Positions 55,253 to 64,000 of a stretch of 64,000 nt of DNA are shown here, piece after piece; the first letter of the stretch is position 1, and each line of letters opens with the position of its first letter. The DNA is taken from the NCBI GenBank assembly GCA_963808625.1, contig CAWEHK010000021.1, positions 64,001 to 128,000 of the forward strand. The letters are read 5' to 3'. The position numbers and the translations under genes are program-made. A model generated the notes under the pieces. That model was not told where the DNA came from. It did not search any database and saw only the letters and a list, made by a program, of their open reading frames with translations. The DNA is from an uncultured delta proteobacterium (GTDB lineage Bacteria > Desulfobacterota > Syntrophobacteria > Syntrophobacterales > Syntrophobacteraceae).

Positions 55253-55323
55253 GCAGGCTGGAAAGCCTGCTCTACCAGCTACACCCACGGCAAAGAGATG
55301 TGGGGCAGGCTTTCCAGCCTGCC
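55253..55323. repeat. REP-like pair (GCAGGCTGGAAAGCCTGC / GCAGGCTTTCCAGCCTGC)
   Basis: Same core as 22252-22311, in the opposite arrangement. Confidence 0.75.
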
Positions 55324-55632
55324 GGATTTCCAAACAGGTTCCGAGGGAACCAACTTTCAAGATGATTAAAACAGGAAATAAGAAAGAAGAATATCCCCCT
55401 CCGCGAATAGCGAGAGAGATTGTCCAGGGATGTTTTTGTTCAGCGGTTGAATGTGGCGGTAAAGATGCTTACTTAGAAAGGGACGAGTAGTATTGCCTGA
55501 ATATTTCTGCGCCAAGGTTCAGGTTTACAAGAATCATCAAGGTTTGTGGGCTGTTGGCTTTTGCACCCTGGTCATGGGTGTTTCCAACATGATCATTAAT
55601 CATTGAGTAAAGATTAGAGAAAAGGAGATTTT

Positions 55633-56227
55633 ATGGCTATCGTTCTTCCCGATCTACCCTACCCCAAAGATGCTTTGGAACCCCACATCAGTTCCAGGAC
55701 TCTGGAGTTTCACCACGACAAGCACCACAAAGCGTATGTTGACAATGCCAACAAGTTAATCGAGGGGACGGACCTTGCGAGCGAAACTTCTCGAGGCCAT
55801 CGTCAAGAAGACGGCCGGAGATGCATCCAAAGTCGGGCTTTTCAATAATGCCGCGCAAGTGTGGAACCATTCCTTTTACTGGAAGTGCCTGAAACCGAAC
55901 GGCGGCGGTCCCCCGACCGGGGCGATTGCCCAGAAGATTGATGCCGGCTTCGGAAGCTACGCCAAGTTCGTTGAAGAAATGAAAAACGCAGGGATTACTC
56001 AATTCGGCAGCGGTTGGGCCTGGCTGGTTTTGAATGGCAGCCAACTGCAGATTACGAAAACGCCCAACGCCGACACCCCTCTTGCCCATGGGCTCAAGCC
56101 CCTTTTGACCATCGATGTATGGGAGCATGCTTACTACCTGGACTACCAGAATCGACGGCCCGATTACCTGGCAACCGTTATCGACAAATTGATCAATTGG
56201 GATTTTGTTAATTCCTGTCTTGGCTGA
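55633..56227 (+). CDS. sodB: Fe/Mn superoxide dismutase, Fe-type signature (frameshift near 55788)
   Basis: [32 protein letters not shown]. Confidence 0.95.
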
Positions 56228-56231
56228 GCAG

Positions 56232-56263
56232 GAGTGGTCAGTGGCCAGTGATCAGTGGTCAGT
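56232..56263. repeat. Heptamer array (AGTGGTC), with a complementary-type array at 56477-56502
   Basis: gagtggtcagtggccagtgatcagtggtcagt ... cagccactcagcactcagcactcgcact. Confidence 0.65.
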
Positions 56264-56363
56264 AAAGGGGGCCATGATGGTCTCTGGCGCCCGGTTCCAT
56301 CGTCAGCGCATAGTGCCCGATCATGGATGAATGATTGATGTGAGAGACGGGCACCGGAAAAAC

Positions 56364-56391
56364 AAAAAAGGAGGGCTCAAAAAGCCCTCCT
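56364..56391 (-). terminator. Rho-independent terminator for the minus-strand gene
   Basis: GGAGGGCT-CAAAA-AGCCCTCC preceded by an A-run (U-tract on the minus strand). Confidence 0.65.
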
Positions 56392-56515
56392 ACTTCGAAA
56401 AGCGTTTATTCGGCCGAGGCATTTCCGGAACTTTCGCAACCCCACCAGCGCCAATGGTTCAATCCAGGCTCTCACCCAGCCACTCAGCACTCAGCACTCG
56501 CACTCTTCTTTTCCC

Positions 56516-57256
56516 TCATCCCGGGTAGACATTTCCCGTTTCGAGGATGCACCAGCCTTGGGGCGTTTTCCCCAAAAGCAGGTTGACCATCCAGCCATCT
56601 TTACAGTGATCGCTGATTTCCTGAGGTACTTTCACCTCAACCGGCCCCGACATGATTGTCCCTGAGAGAATCAATCTGCCGGGCTGAACCTCTTCTATAG
56701 TGAAATAGTCATCCAACTCATCCGTCCAATGGCGTGGAGCATAGTGCTGGGCAAAGTTATAGAGGAGCCGCGCCAGCCGTTCGGCGGCGGGCAGTTCTCT
56801 GGTGGCCTCGGATGCTACTTTATCGCCATTTAGGGCCTCTTCCTTGCCAATATGTCCATGCTCATCCAGCCAATTGACCAGCTTCCTCATCACCGTTCCC
56901 GCCGCCTGGAGGAGGGCCTCGGTAGCCATTACCTTGCGAATCATGAAATAGTTCAAAAAATTGTAAAGAGATGGCGGAATTTTATCCGGCCCGAAAATGG
57001 CGCAGAATTCGAGGTTCTTCTGAAAATAGAGCCGCTCATAAAGAGTGACTTCCGATGACCGGTCAAGGTCATGATGACCGTAACCGTTCAGGCAGTGCTG
57101 GAAAAGGTCGATAACTTCTTCGTAGCGATGAAAGGTCCGTGGTTTCAAGCGTTTTCGCTGATCTTTAAGAAACCGCTCGAGCACCTCTTCGATGCTTGGC
57201 TGAGCAACCGTTGGAAAATGCAGGACCTTCCCGGTGTCTCTTATCTTGTTAACCAA
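56516..57256 (-). CDS. Hypothetical protein
   Basis: 246-aa ORF, protein-like composition (FLNYFMIRKV...W.ILETGNVYP). Confidence 0.75.
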   Translation of the reverse strand: MVNKIRDTGKVLHFPTVAQPSIEEVLERFLKDQRKRLKPRTFHRYEEVIDLFQHCLNGYGHHDLDRSSEVTLYERLYFQKNLEFCAIFGPDKIPPSLYNFLNYFMIRKVMATEALLQAAGTVMRKLVNWLDEHGHIGKEEALNGDKVASEATRELPAAERLARLLYNFAQHYAPRHWTDELDDYFTIEEVQPGRLILSGTIMSGPVEVKVPQEISDHCKDGWMVNLLLGKTPQGWCILETGNVYPG

Positions 57257-57391
57257 CCTGAATCTCCATGCCTGTCAAAATGGCGGATCAAGAACCATGC
57301 CGGGACTTCACCAGCCTCTTCCCCAAATTACCGCTTTCAACCGTCGTTGCGATCCTGCTACACTTTTCACTAGCCACTAGCCACTGCTCCC

Positions 57392-57705
57392 CTAAACCCG
57401 GCTACCACAATGGGGGCAGTATTGAAAAGTGGCTCCAGGGAATGGTCGCATCGAGCGCACCTGGATTATATTCGGACGCCGGGGCGACGGGCCGAAACCC
57501 TGACCTGGGAAGAGACGGCACCACAGCGGTCACAGATCACCGCCGGCTCCCCTCGCTTTACCGGAAACAGCGGAATGAAAAAGAGGCTCAGGTAGTGATC
57601 AATCCGCTTTAGCCTGGCCTGTGCCAACCCGCAGGCCGGGCAAAGCCGAGGGGTATCGTCGAGAGTCATGGTTTTTGGTTGGACACCCCCGATAAAGAAA
57701 AACAT
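57392..57705 (-). CDS. Zinc-ribbon domain protein (3' part frameshifted)
   Basis: MFFFIGG...CPACG...YLSLFFIPLFP...CDRCG, with further CARC / YCPHCG motifs in shifted frames. Confidence 0.75.
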
Positions 57706-57976
57706 CGAATTTCCTCTTTGACGTTCAGGCGCGGCCCCGCTTCCGGTTGCGGTTCCGTCCATGAACGAGCCAAACGTTCAGGCCGATAAGCCTAAATCAT
57801 CTCTTGCCAACCATTCTTTACCACAATTGTGGAGGAAAGGCTATGCGGAAAGAGGGCACGGAAGATGGTAGTGAGCCCTCGCCTGAGTGAGGGATGGCAC
57901 CGAATTGCGAACAGTTCTGCACCATTTCGGTGGGCGCAAAAAGACGACGCCATGACTATCATGCCACTGTCCCATC

Positions 57977-58007
57977 GTAGGGTGGGCACAGCTTTACCGT
58001 GCCCACC
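57977..58007. repeat. GTAG-type REP palindrome downstream of trpA
   Basis: GTAG-GGTGGGCAC-agctttacc-GTGCCCACC. Confidence 0.65.
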
Positions 58008-58020
58008 AGATCTGCTGTCC

Positions 58021-58818
58021 TTAGCGGGTTGCTGATTTCAATGACCGCACCGCCTCTCCCATGCGAAGGACCAGGGCAGGGTCCTCAAGGTGTTCTTCAA
58101 TGAGTCGTTCGAAGGCTGAGCCTACCACCGCGCCATCCGCGAGCGCGCCGACTGCTCGAACGTGGTCCGGTGTGGAGATGCCAAACCCGACACAGATTGG
58201 TATGTTTTTGGAGCAAGCACGCAACGATCCGACGACCCCCGATACCTCGTCCAGATTCAAGCCGGCACTGCCGGTCACCCCGGTCATGGAAACCAGGTAC
58301 AGAAAACCGGAAGCTTTTTCGGCGATGCCGGCCATCCGTTCGGGCGGTGTCGTGGGTGCCACCAGCCGAATGAGAGCCAATTCGTTTCCGGCCCACGCCG
58401 AGGTCATTTCCGCCGATTCTTCGGGAGGCAGATCCACGACCAGCAGGCCATCCACGTCGACGGCTCGGGCATCGGTGTAGAAACGCTCGACCCCGTAAGC
58501 CAGGATGGGATTGTAGTAGCTGAAAAGAACGATGGGAATCTGCGTGGTATGGCGGAGCTCCCTTGCCATTTCCAGGACCCTGGTCAGAGTCACGCCAGCT
58601 TTCAGGGCTCGTCCGGAGGATCGCTGGATCACGGGACCGTCTGCGGTGGGGTCGGAAAAGGGCACCCCCAGCTCTAAAATGTCCAGTCCGGCCTCGCACA
58701 TGGTCTTGATGATATCCAGGGAAGTTTCCACGGTCGGGTCGCCGGCGGTGACAAATCCCACCAGGGCCTTTTCGCCTTTCCGACGCATTTCTTCAAACAC
58801 TTTAGCGATGCGATTCAT
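58021..58818 (-). CDS. trpA: Tryptophan synthase alpha chain
   Basis: [33 protein letters not shown]. Confidence 0.98.
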   Translation of the reverse strand: MNRIAKVFEEMRRKGEKALVGFVTAGDPTVETSLDIIKTMCEAGLDILELGVPFSDPTADGPVIQRSSGRALKAGVTLTRVLEMARELRHTTQIPIVLFSYYNPILAYGVERFYTDARAVDVDGLLVVDLPPEESAEMTSAWAGNELALIRLVAPTTPPERMAGIAEKASGFLYLVSMTGVTGSAGLNLDEVSGVVGSLRACSKNIPICVGFGISTPDHVRAVGALADGAVVGSAFERLIEEHLEDPALVLRMGEAVRSLKSATR

Positions 58819-58833
58819 GCTCGTGCCTCTCCT

Positions 58834-60141
58834 TTAAGACTTCGGGCCAGCGCCCGTTAGACGGCCGGAGACGATCCCCAGGTCCTTGTCTCCTCGCCCC
58901 GAAAGACTGACAATGATGCTGTATGAGGATGGCCGCTCGGAAGCTTCCAGCAATGCCCGGGCGACGGCATGCGAGCTTTCGAGGGCGGGGATAATCCCCT
59001 CGAGGGCGCAGAGTTCCTGAAACGCGGCGAGCGCCTGGTGATCATCGATGGCCTCATAGCGGACGCGCCCGCAGTCCTTGAGCAGGGCGTGTTCCGGCCC
59101 CACCCCGGGATAGTCGAGCCCCGCGGAGATGGAATGCGCCTCCTCGATCTGGCCGTCACCATCCTGCAGCACATAGGACTTCGAGCCGTGGAGCACGCCA
59201 ACGGAACCGGCGCCCAGCGTGGCGGCGTGTTTTCCGGTGGCGACGCCAAGACCGGCGGCTTCCACGCCCACCATCTCGACCTCATCGTCCAGGAACGGGT
59301 AGAAAAGCCCCATGGCGTTGCTGCCTCCCCCCACACAGGCGATGAGCATATCCGGGAGGCGGTCCGCGACTTCGAGAAACTGCTTCCGGGTTTCATCACC
59401 GATGACGCGCTGGAAGTTTCTGACCATCATCGGGTAGGGATGCGGGCCGGCGACGGAACCGATGACGTAAAAGGTATCCCGCACCGCACCGACCCAATAG
59501 CGGATGGCTTCGCTCATGGCATCCTTGAGGGTGCCGGTGCCCGAGGCGACGGGCACGACCTCGGCTCCCAGCAACTCCATTCTCTGGACGTTGGCGGCCT
59601 GGCGCTGAATATCTTCGGTGCCCATGAACACCCGGCACTCCATGCCGAAGAGCGCCGCCACCGTGGCGGTCGCCACGCCATGCTGGCCCGCACCGGTCTC
59701 CGCAATGATTTTTTGCTTTCCCATCCACCTGGCCAGCAGCGCCTGCCCCAGGGTGTTGTTGATTTTATGGGCCCCGGTGTGGGCAAGATCTTCACGCTTG
59801 AGGTAAAGGGATGCCCCGCCCACTTTCGCGCTCAGCCGCCGGGCGAGGAACAGGGGCGTAGGGCGCCCGGCATAGTGTCGCAGGAGTTCTTGAAGCTCCT
59901 GTTGAAACCGCTCCTGGCCGCCGATCCGCCGGTATGCTTCCTCCAGTTCGAGGAGCGCCGGCATGAGGGTTTCCGCCACGTAGCGCCCGCCATAAGGGCC
60001 GAAATGGCCCATGGGATCGGGATATGGGGGGAGTGATGAGTGATGAGTGATGAGTGATGAGTGAGGAGTAGCGAGTGCTGAGTGCTGGGTGCTGGGTGCT
60101 GAGTGCTGAGTATTTGGTGCTGCGTGTTGGGGGTGCGTCAT
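58834..60141 (-). CDS. trpB: Tryptophan synthase beta chain with a repeat-derived N-terminal extension
   Basis: [36 protein letters not shown] overlap with the trpF stop. Confidence 0.98.
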   Translation of the reverse strand: MTHPQHAAPNTQHSAPSTQHSALATPHSSLITHHSSLPPYPDPMGHFGPYGGRYVAETLMPALLELEEAYRRIGGQERFQQELQELLRHYAGRPTPLFLARRLSAKVGGASLYLKREDLAHTGAHKINNTLGQALLARWMGKQKIIAETGAGQHGVATATVAALFGMECRVFMGTEDIQRQAANVQRMELLGAEVVPVASGTGTLKDAMSEAIRYWVGAVRDTFYVIGSVAGPHPYPMMVRNFQRVIGDETRKQFLEVADRLPDMLIACVGGGSNAMGLFYPFLDDEVEMVGVEAAGLGVATGKHAATLGAGSVGVLHGSKSYVLQDGDGQIEEAHSISAGLDYPGVGPEHALLKDCGRVRYEAIDDHQALAAFQELCALEGIIPALESSHAVARALLEASERPSSYSIIVSLSGRGDKDLGIVSGRLTGAGPKS

Positions 60142-60818
60142 TGAAAGATCCTCCTTGGCTTCCTCGAGCAGTCGGTGGATGCAACGGCGCCGAGCAAGCG
60201 TTTGACTTTGTCCATATCTTTTCTCCCGGGCGCCGACTCGACCCCGGAACTCACATCGATGGCGTCCGGTAATGCTTCTTGAAGCGCCAGAGAAACATTC
60301 TCCGGGCTGAGACCTCCCGCCAGGATCACCGGTTGTCTTTCAGAAATGCCCGCGGCACTGCTCCAATCCCAGGCCCGTGCGTTGCCGCCGGGAAGCCTCC
60401 CTCCGGCGCATTCGACGAGATAGGCCGAGGCGCCATACGAGCCGATGCGCGCGAGAGAGGGCGTGCCATTGACGAAAACAGCTTTAATGACCAGAAGGCC
60501 CTGTTCTTGGAGGTTATTTACCAGCTCAACGGATTCCTGACCGTGCAGTTGCACCGCTCGCAATCCGCATCGTTCGACTTTTGCCATAATCGTGGCGAAG
60601 GACTCGTTTACGAACACCCCCACACTCCAGGCGGAGGCCGGCAGCGCCCTGATAATCTCTCGGGCCTGCTCATCGCTGACATGCCGGGGACTTTGGGGGT
60701 AGAAGACGCAGCCGATGGCATCAGCTCCCAGCTCCACGCACGCCAGGGCTTCCTCCACCCGCGTGAGGCCGCAGATCTTTACCTGGGGTCTTGGGAACAT
60801 CTCTTTGGCGACGGCCAT
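60138..60818 (-). CDS. trpF: Phosphoribosylanthranilate isomerase
   Basis: VKICG, VQLHG, LAGGL, DVSSGVE; RBS GGAGG. Confidence 0.96.
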   Translation of the reverse strand: MAVAKEMFPRPQVKICGLTRVEEALACVELGADAIGCVFYPQSPRHVSDEQAREIIRALPASAWSVGVFVNESFATIMAKVERCGLRAVQLHGQESVELVNNLQEQGLLVIKAVFVNGTPSLARIGSYGASAYLVECAGGRLPGGNARAWDWSSAAGISERQPVILAGGLSPENVSLALQEALPDAIDVSSGVESAPGRKDMDKVKRLLGAVASTDCSRKPRRIFQ

Positions 60819-60895
60819 GCTTTCAGTCCTCCTGAAAAGAGCCTCCGGCAATCATAAGGGATAATGCAAGAGGCTCTCCCGCTTTGCTTACAAAA

Positions 60896-61070
60896 CAATA
60901 TTGAATATCGAATAACGAATTTCGAATCATGAAGTGTTCCTCGTCCCTGCTCTCCTTCGATATTCTGCGGTTCGAAAAGTTCAACTTTTCATGATGTCTT
61001 CGGGTGTCCCGAACGGACATGAGGGACTGCGGTTCAATATTCGATATTCAATATTCGCTGTTCGATATTG
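60896..61070. repeat. Inverted AT-rich heptamer arrays (AATATCG / ATATTCG)
   Basis: caatattgaatatcgaataacgaatttcgaat ... ttcaatattcgatattcaatattcgctgttcgatattg. Confidence 0.7.
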
Positions 61071-61139
61071 AACTCTGTGTACAATCTCCCTCGCCTTATC
61101 CCTGGAATTCTTGATCTGTGAACTGAAACAGCCTCCCGA

Positions 61140-61931
61140 TTAGCGTCCCAGAAGACCTCGGAGATGTGCTTCCGGATCTGGCGCTTTCACCAAACTCTCT
61201 CCGATCAGGAAATTCCAGATGCCTGCTGCAAGCAGGCTCTCGATGTCCCGGCGTTCGTGAATGCCGCTTTCGGCCACGGCGACCTGGCCGTCTTGAATCT
61301 CCCGGGCCAGGCGGATGGAAGTCCGGAGATCGGTCTGAAACGAACTGAGGTCGCGGTTGTTGATGCCGATCAGGCGGGCTCCTGCCTGCGTCGCTTCCTC
61401 CAACTCACTCTCCGAATGGACCTCCGTCAGCGCGTCCAGTTGCAGTTCCCGGCAAAGATCGAGAAGCTCTTTCAGCATTTCTCGGGAGAGCGCCCGCACG
61501 ATCAGCAGCACCGCATCCGCCCCCATGGCAACGGTCTCATAAAGCTGATAGGGCAGGATGATGAAGTCTTTCCTGAGTACGGGAAGGGTGACGGCACGCC
61601 TCACTCGTTGCAGATCATCCGGTCTTGCTCGAAAGAAAGCTTGCTCGGTGAGCACGGAAATGGCCGCCGCCCCCGCTCTTTCATAGGATTTTGCCTGGCG
61701 CTCCGCATCCAGATTGATGCGAATATCCCCACGCGAGGGAGAAGCGCGCTTGATCTCGGCGATAATGTTCGCTCCGAAGGGTCCGGGAGCAGCGAGCTTC
61801 GCCAAGAACGGCCGCCGGTCCCTGGCCTGCCCGGCTTCTTCTGCCAGGCGGCTCTCCGGGATCACTCCTCTTGCCTCTTCAACTTCCTGCTTTTTTCTTT
61901 CGATAATCTGGCTGAGAAAGTCCGGTTTCAT
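61140..61931 (-). CDS. trpC: Indole-3-glycerol phosphate synthase
   Basis: IAEIKRASPS, LRKDFI, GINNRDL, AESGI. Confidence 0.97.
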   Translation of the reverse strand: MKPDFLSQIIERKKQEVEEARGVIPESRLAEEAGQARDRRPFLAKLAAPGPFGANIIAEIKRASPSRGDIRINLDAERQAKSYERAGAAAISVLTEQAFFRARPDDLQRVRRAVTLPVLRKDFIILPYQLYETVAMGADAVLLIVRALSREMLKELLDLCRELQLDALTEVHSESELEEATQAGARLIGINNRDLSSFQTDLRTSIRLAREIQDGQVAVAESGIHERRDIESLLAAGIWNFLIGESLVKAPDPEAHLRGLLGR

Positions 61932-62032
61932 CGTTCCGCTAACCTGGTTTTCTTTCAATTTTTGCTGTTGGAAAATTGTACCCAATTTAAGCGAACCCAT
62001 CGGTGTTATCTCCGTAGGCAGTCGTCCCGGTT

Positions 62033-62117
62033 GTCATTTGGAGCGATAGCGAGAAATCTGTTGGGTATGTGTCCATCGTACAGGATTTGTCGTCGCCCGA
62101 AGGCTCCTCGAAATGAC
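62033..62117. repeat. GTCATTT...AAATGAC MITE-like palindromic element
   Basis: GTCATTTGGAGCGATAGCGAGAAATC ... GATTTGTCGTCGC..GCTCCTCGAAATGAC. Confidence 0.5.
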
Positions 62118-62135
62118 GGGTGAGGCGAACCGCTC

Positions 62136-62280
62136 AGTCTGGGTCGTGGTCAATGGTCAGTGCCCACTTCATTTGCCACCAGCCACCAGCCACTAGGAAG
62201 CCACTCGTCAGCTCGTCACTCGTCACTAACCACTAACCTTCGCCATTGTCAGTCACCTCCTAGCCACTAACCACTGGCCA
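62136..62280. repeat. Heptamer arrays between trpD and trpC
   Basis: ggtcgtggtcaatggtcagt ... ccaccagccaccagccactag, tcgtcactcgtcactaaccactaacc. Confidence 0.6.
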
Positions 62281-63289
62281 CTTCATTCGTAAACCGAATC
62301 AGCGCCTCCAGTTTGCCTGCTGCTTTCTTCTCATCGATCGAGGCTTCGGCGAGCCGAATGGCCTGGGGAAAATCTTCCGCAACCCCGGCGGCGATCAGGG
62401 CCGCCGCCGCATTGATCACCGTGACGTCCCGGCGCGGACCCTTTTCGCCGTCGAGAATGCTTCGGGTAATGTGCGCGTTGACGGTGGGATCGCCCCCTTC
62501 GATGTCCTCGCGCCGGGCCTGTCTTCCCAGAAGTTGCTCCGGCGTGAGATCGAAGGTGCGAATGGCGCCGTCTTTCAGTTCGGAAACCCGCGTCGGGGCG
62601 CACACCGAAATCTCGTCCAGGCCGTCATGGCCGTGGACGACGAGGGCGCGCCTGGCCCCCAGCAGGCGCAGAGCCTGAGCAAACATCTCGGTCAATTCCG
62701 GGGCGTACACTCCGAGGAGCTGGCAGTTTGCTCCGGCGGGGTTGGTGAGCGGGCCGAGCATGTTAAAAATGGAACGGATCCCCAGTTCCCGCCTCGGCTT
62801 GGCGGCGTGCCGCATGGCCCCGTGGTAGAGCGGGGCAAAGAGGAACCCGATCCCGATCTCCCGAATGGCCTCCTCGACCAGTTCCGGCGCTACATCGAGG
62901 CGCACCCCCAGAGCTTCGAGCAGATCGGCGCTGCCACACTTGCTGGAAACGGAACGGTTCCCGTGTTTGGCGACGGTCACTCCGCAGCCCGCAACCACCA
63001 GCGCTGCCGTCGTGGAAATGTTGAAAGTAAAGGCGTGGTCCCCTCCGGTGCCGCAGGTGTCGACCACGGTTTGGGCGGTGACCTGGATCCGGGTGGCTTT
63101 GCGGCGCATGGCTCGGGCGGCGCCCGCCAATTCCGAAAAGGTCTCCCCTTTGGTGGCAAGCCCCGCCATCAGGGCCCCGATCTGGGCCTCGGTCGCGTCA
63201 CCGGACATGACCTCGGTCATCACCTCAGCCATTTCCTGCTCATCCAGGTCCTGTTTTCGTACGATTTTCTTGAGGCTATCCTGAATCAT
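62267..63289 (-). CDS. trpD: Anthranilate phosphoribosyltransferase
   Basis: [26 protein letters not shown]. Confidence 0.98.
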   Translation of the reverse strand: MIQDSLKKIVRKQDLDEQEMAEVMTEVMSGDATEAQIGALMAGLATKGETFSELAGAARAMRRKATRIQVTAQTVVDTCGTGGDHAFTFNISTTAALVVAGCGVTVAKHGNRSVSSKCGSADLLEALGVRLDVAPELVEEAIREIGIGFLFAPLYHGAMRHAAKPRRELGIRSIFNMLGPLTNPAGANCQLLGVYAPELTEMFAQALRLLGARRALVVHGHDGLDEISVCAPTRVSELKDGAIRTFDLTPEQLLGRQARREDIEGGDPTVNAHITRSILDGEKGPRRDVTVINAAAALIAAGVAEDFPQAIRLAEASIDEKKAAGKLEALIRFTNEVASG

Positions 63290-63879
63290 GATCCATTCTC
63301 TCCTCTGCGTGCTTTGGCACAATCGAGAAAATTCCTTAACAGACGCTTGCCAACGGGGGTCATAATGGATTCCGGGTGGAACTGAATGCCTTCGGTGAAA
63401 TGTTCCCGATGGCGAATGCCCATGATTTCGCCATCTTCCGCTTCGGCGGTAATCGCCAGACAGGTTGGCAAATGCTCCCGCGAAACCGCCAGCGAATGGT
63501 AACGCATGGCCTGAAACGGGCTTTGAATCCCGCGAAAGACCGATTCGCCATCAGCCGTCACGGTGGATACTTTTCCATGCATCAGGAATTTCGCCCCGAT
63601 CACCTTGCCGCCAAAGGCCACGGCAATGGCCTGATGGCCGAGACATACGCCCAGGATGGGGACCTGACCGGAGAAAGCGCGAATGGCCTCGACGCAGATG
63701 CCGGCATCCTCCGGGCGGCAGGGGCCGGGAGAGATGACAATGCCTTCCGGTTTTTTCATTTGAATCTCGGCAAGCGAAATCCGGTCGTTCCGGGCGACGT
63801 CAACCTCGGCGCCAAGCATCCGCAGGTACTGCACCAGGTTGTAGGTAAAGGAATCGTAATTATCAATCATGAGAATCAT
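63286..63879 (-). CDS. trpG: Anthranilate synthase component II (glutamine amidotransferase)
   Basis: [28 protein letters not shown]; located in the trp operon. Confidence 0.95.
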   Translation of the reverse strand: MILMIDNYDSFTYNLVQYLRMLGAEVDVARNDRISLAEIQMKKPEGIVISPGPCRPEDAGICVEAIRAFSGQVPILGVCLGHQAIAVAFGGKVIGAKFLMHGKVSTVTADGESVFRGIQSPFQAMRYHSLAVSREHLPTCLAITAEAEDGEIMGIRHREHFTEGIQFHPESIMTPVGKRLLRNFLDCAKARRGENGS

Positions 63880-63896
63880 GTCATTCCCCCATTGCT

Positions 63897-63960
63897 GCCG
63901 CAGCAGCCAGCAGCCAATAAGCAATAAGCAATAACGAATAACCAATTATCGAATAACGTA
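63897..63960. repeat. Heptamer array upstream of trpG
   Basis: cagcagc cagcagc caataag caataag caataac gaataac caattat cgaataac. Confidence 0.65.
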
Positions 63961-64000
63961 TCGAGCAATCAAGAGCCACGCCAATAGACAAGCTACTAAA

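Overview
Chromosomal window from a GC-rich Desulfobacterota-like (probably Syntrophobacterales-type) bacterium. Most of it is housekeeping: larC-cinA-thpR-recA-alaS, dnaN-gyrB-gyrA-gpsA, pyrBC, greA, rpsT, holA-lptE-leuS, sodB and trpGDCFBA. Scattered single-base frameshifts, including one in alaS, look like long-read consensus errors. The main hidden signal is UGA recoding, which the ORF track fragments. Five in-frame TGA codons fall in four small or split ORFs, and each is followed 18-24 nt downstream by a hairpin whose apical loop has G at position 2 (bacterial SECIS-like). Three of these selenoprotein genes form one operon behind an ArsR/SmtB regulator (30.4-34.7 kb). They are a LULAEC protein with a C-terminal winged helix, a rhodanese(UxxxxU)-DsbD-thioredoxin fusion with two Sec codons on overlapping hairpins, and an NEPGGKPU thioredoxin-like protein, followed by a chromate-type oxyanion transporter. 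From memory, these motifs match the recently named Tso ('three selenoprotein operon') families, whose function is unknown; this was not checked against a database. The operon lies in an accessory patch with a VapBC-type toxin-antitoxin pair and several gene remnants. A fourth selenoprotein gene (dual-CXXC type) lies at 10.2 kb. Other points of interest: a >1,200-aa ORF running off the left edge, a CarS-like/metallophosphoesterase fusion, a DRG-type GTPase, two tandem Cys-rich secreted paralogs, and several intergenic repeat families, one of which is translated in the TrpB N-terminus.
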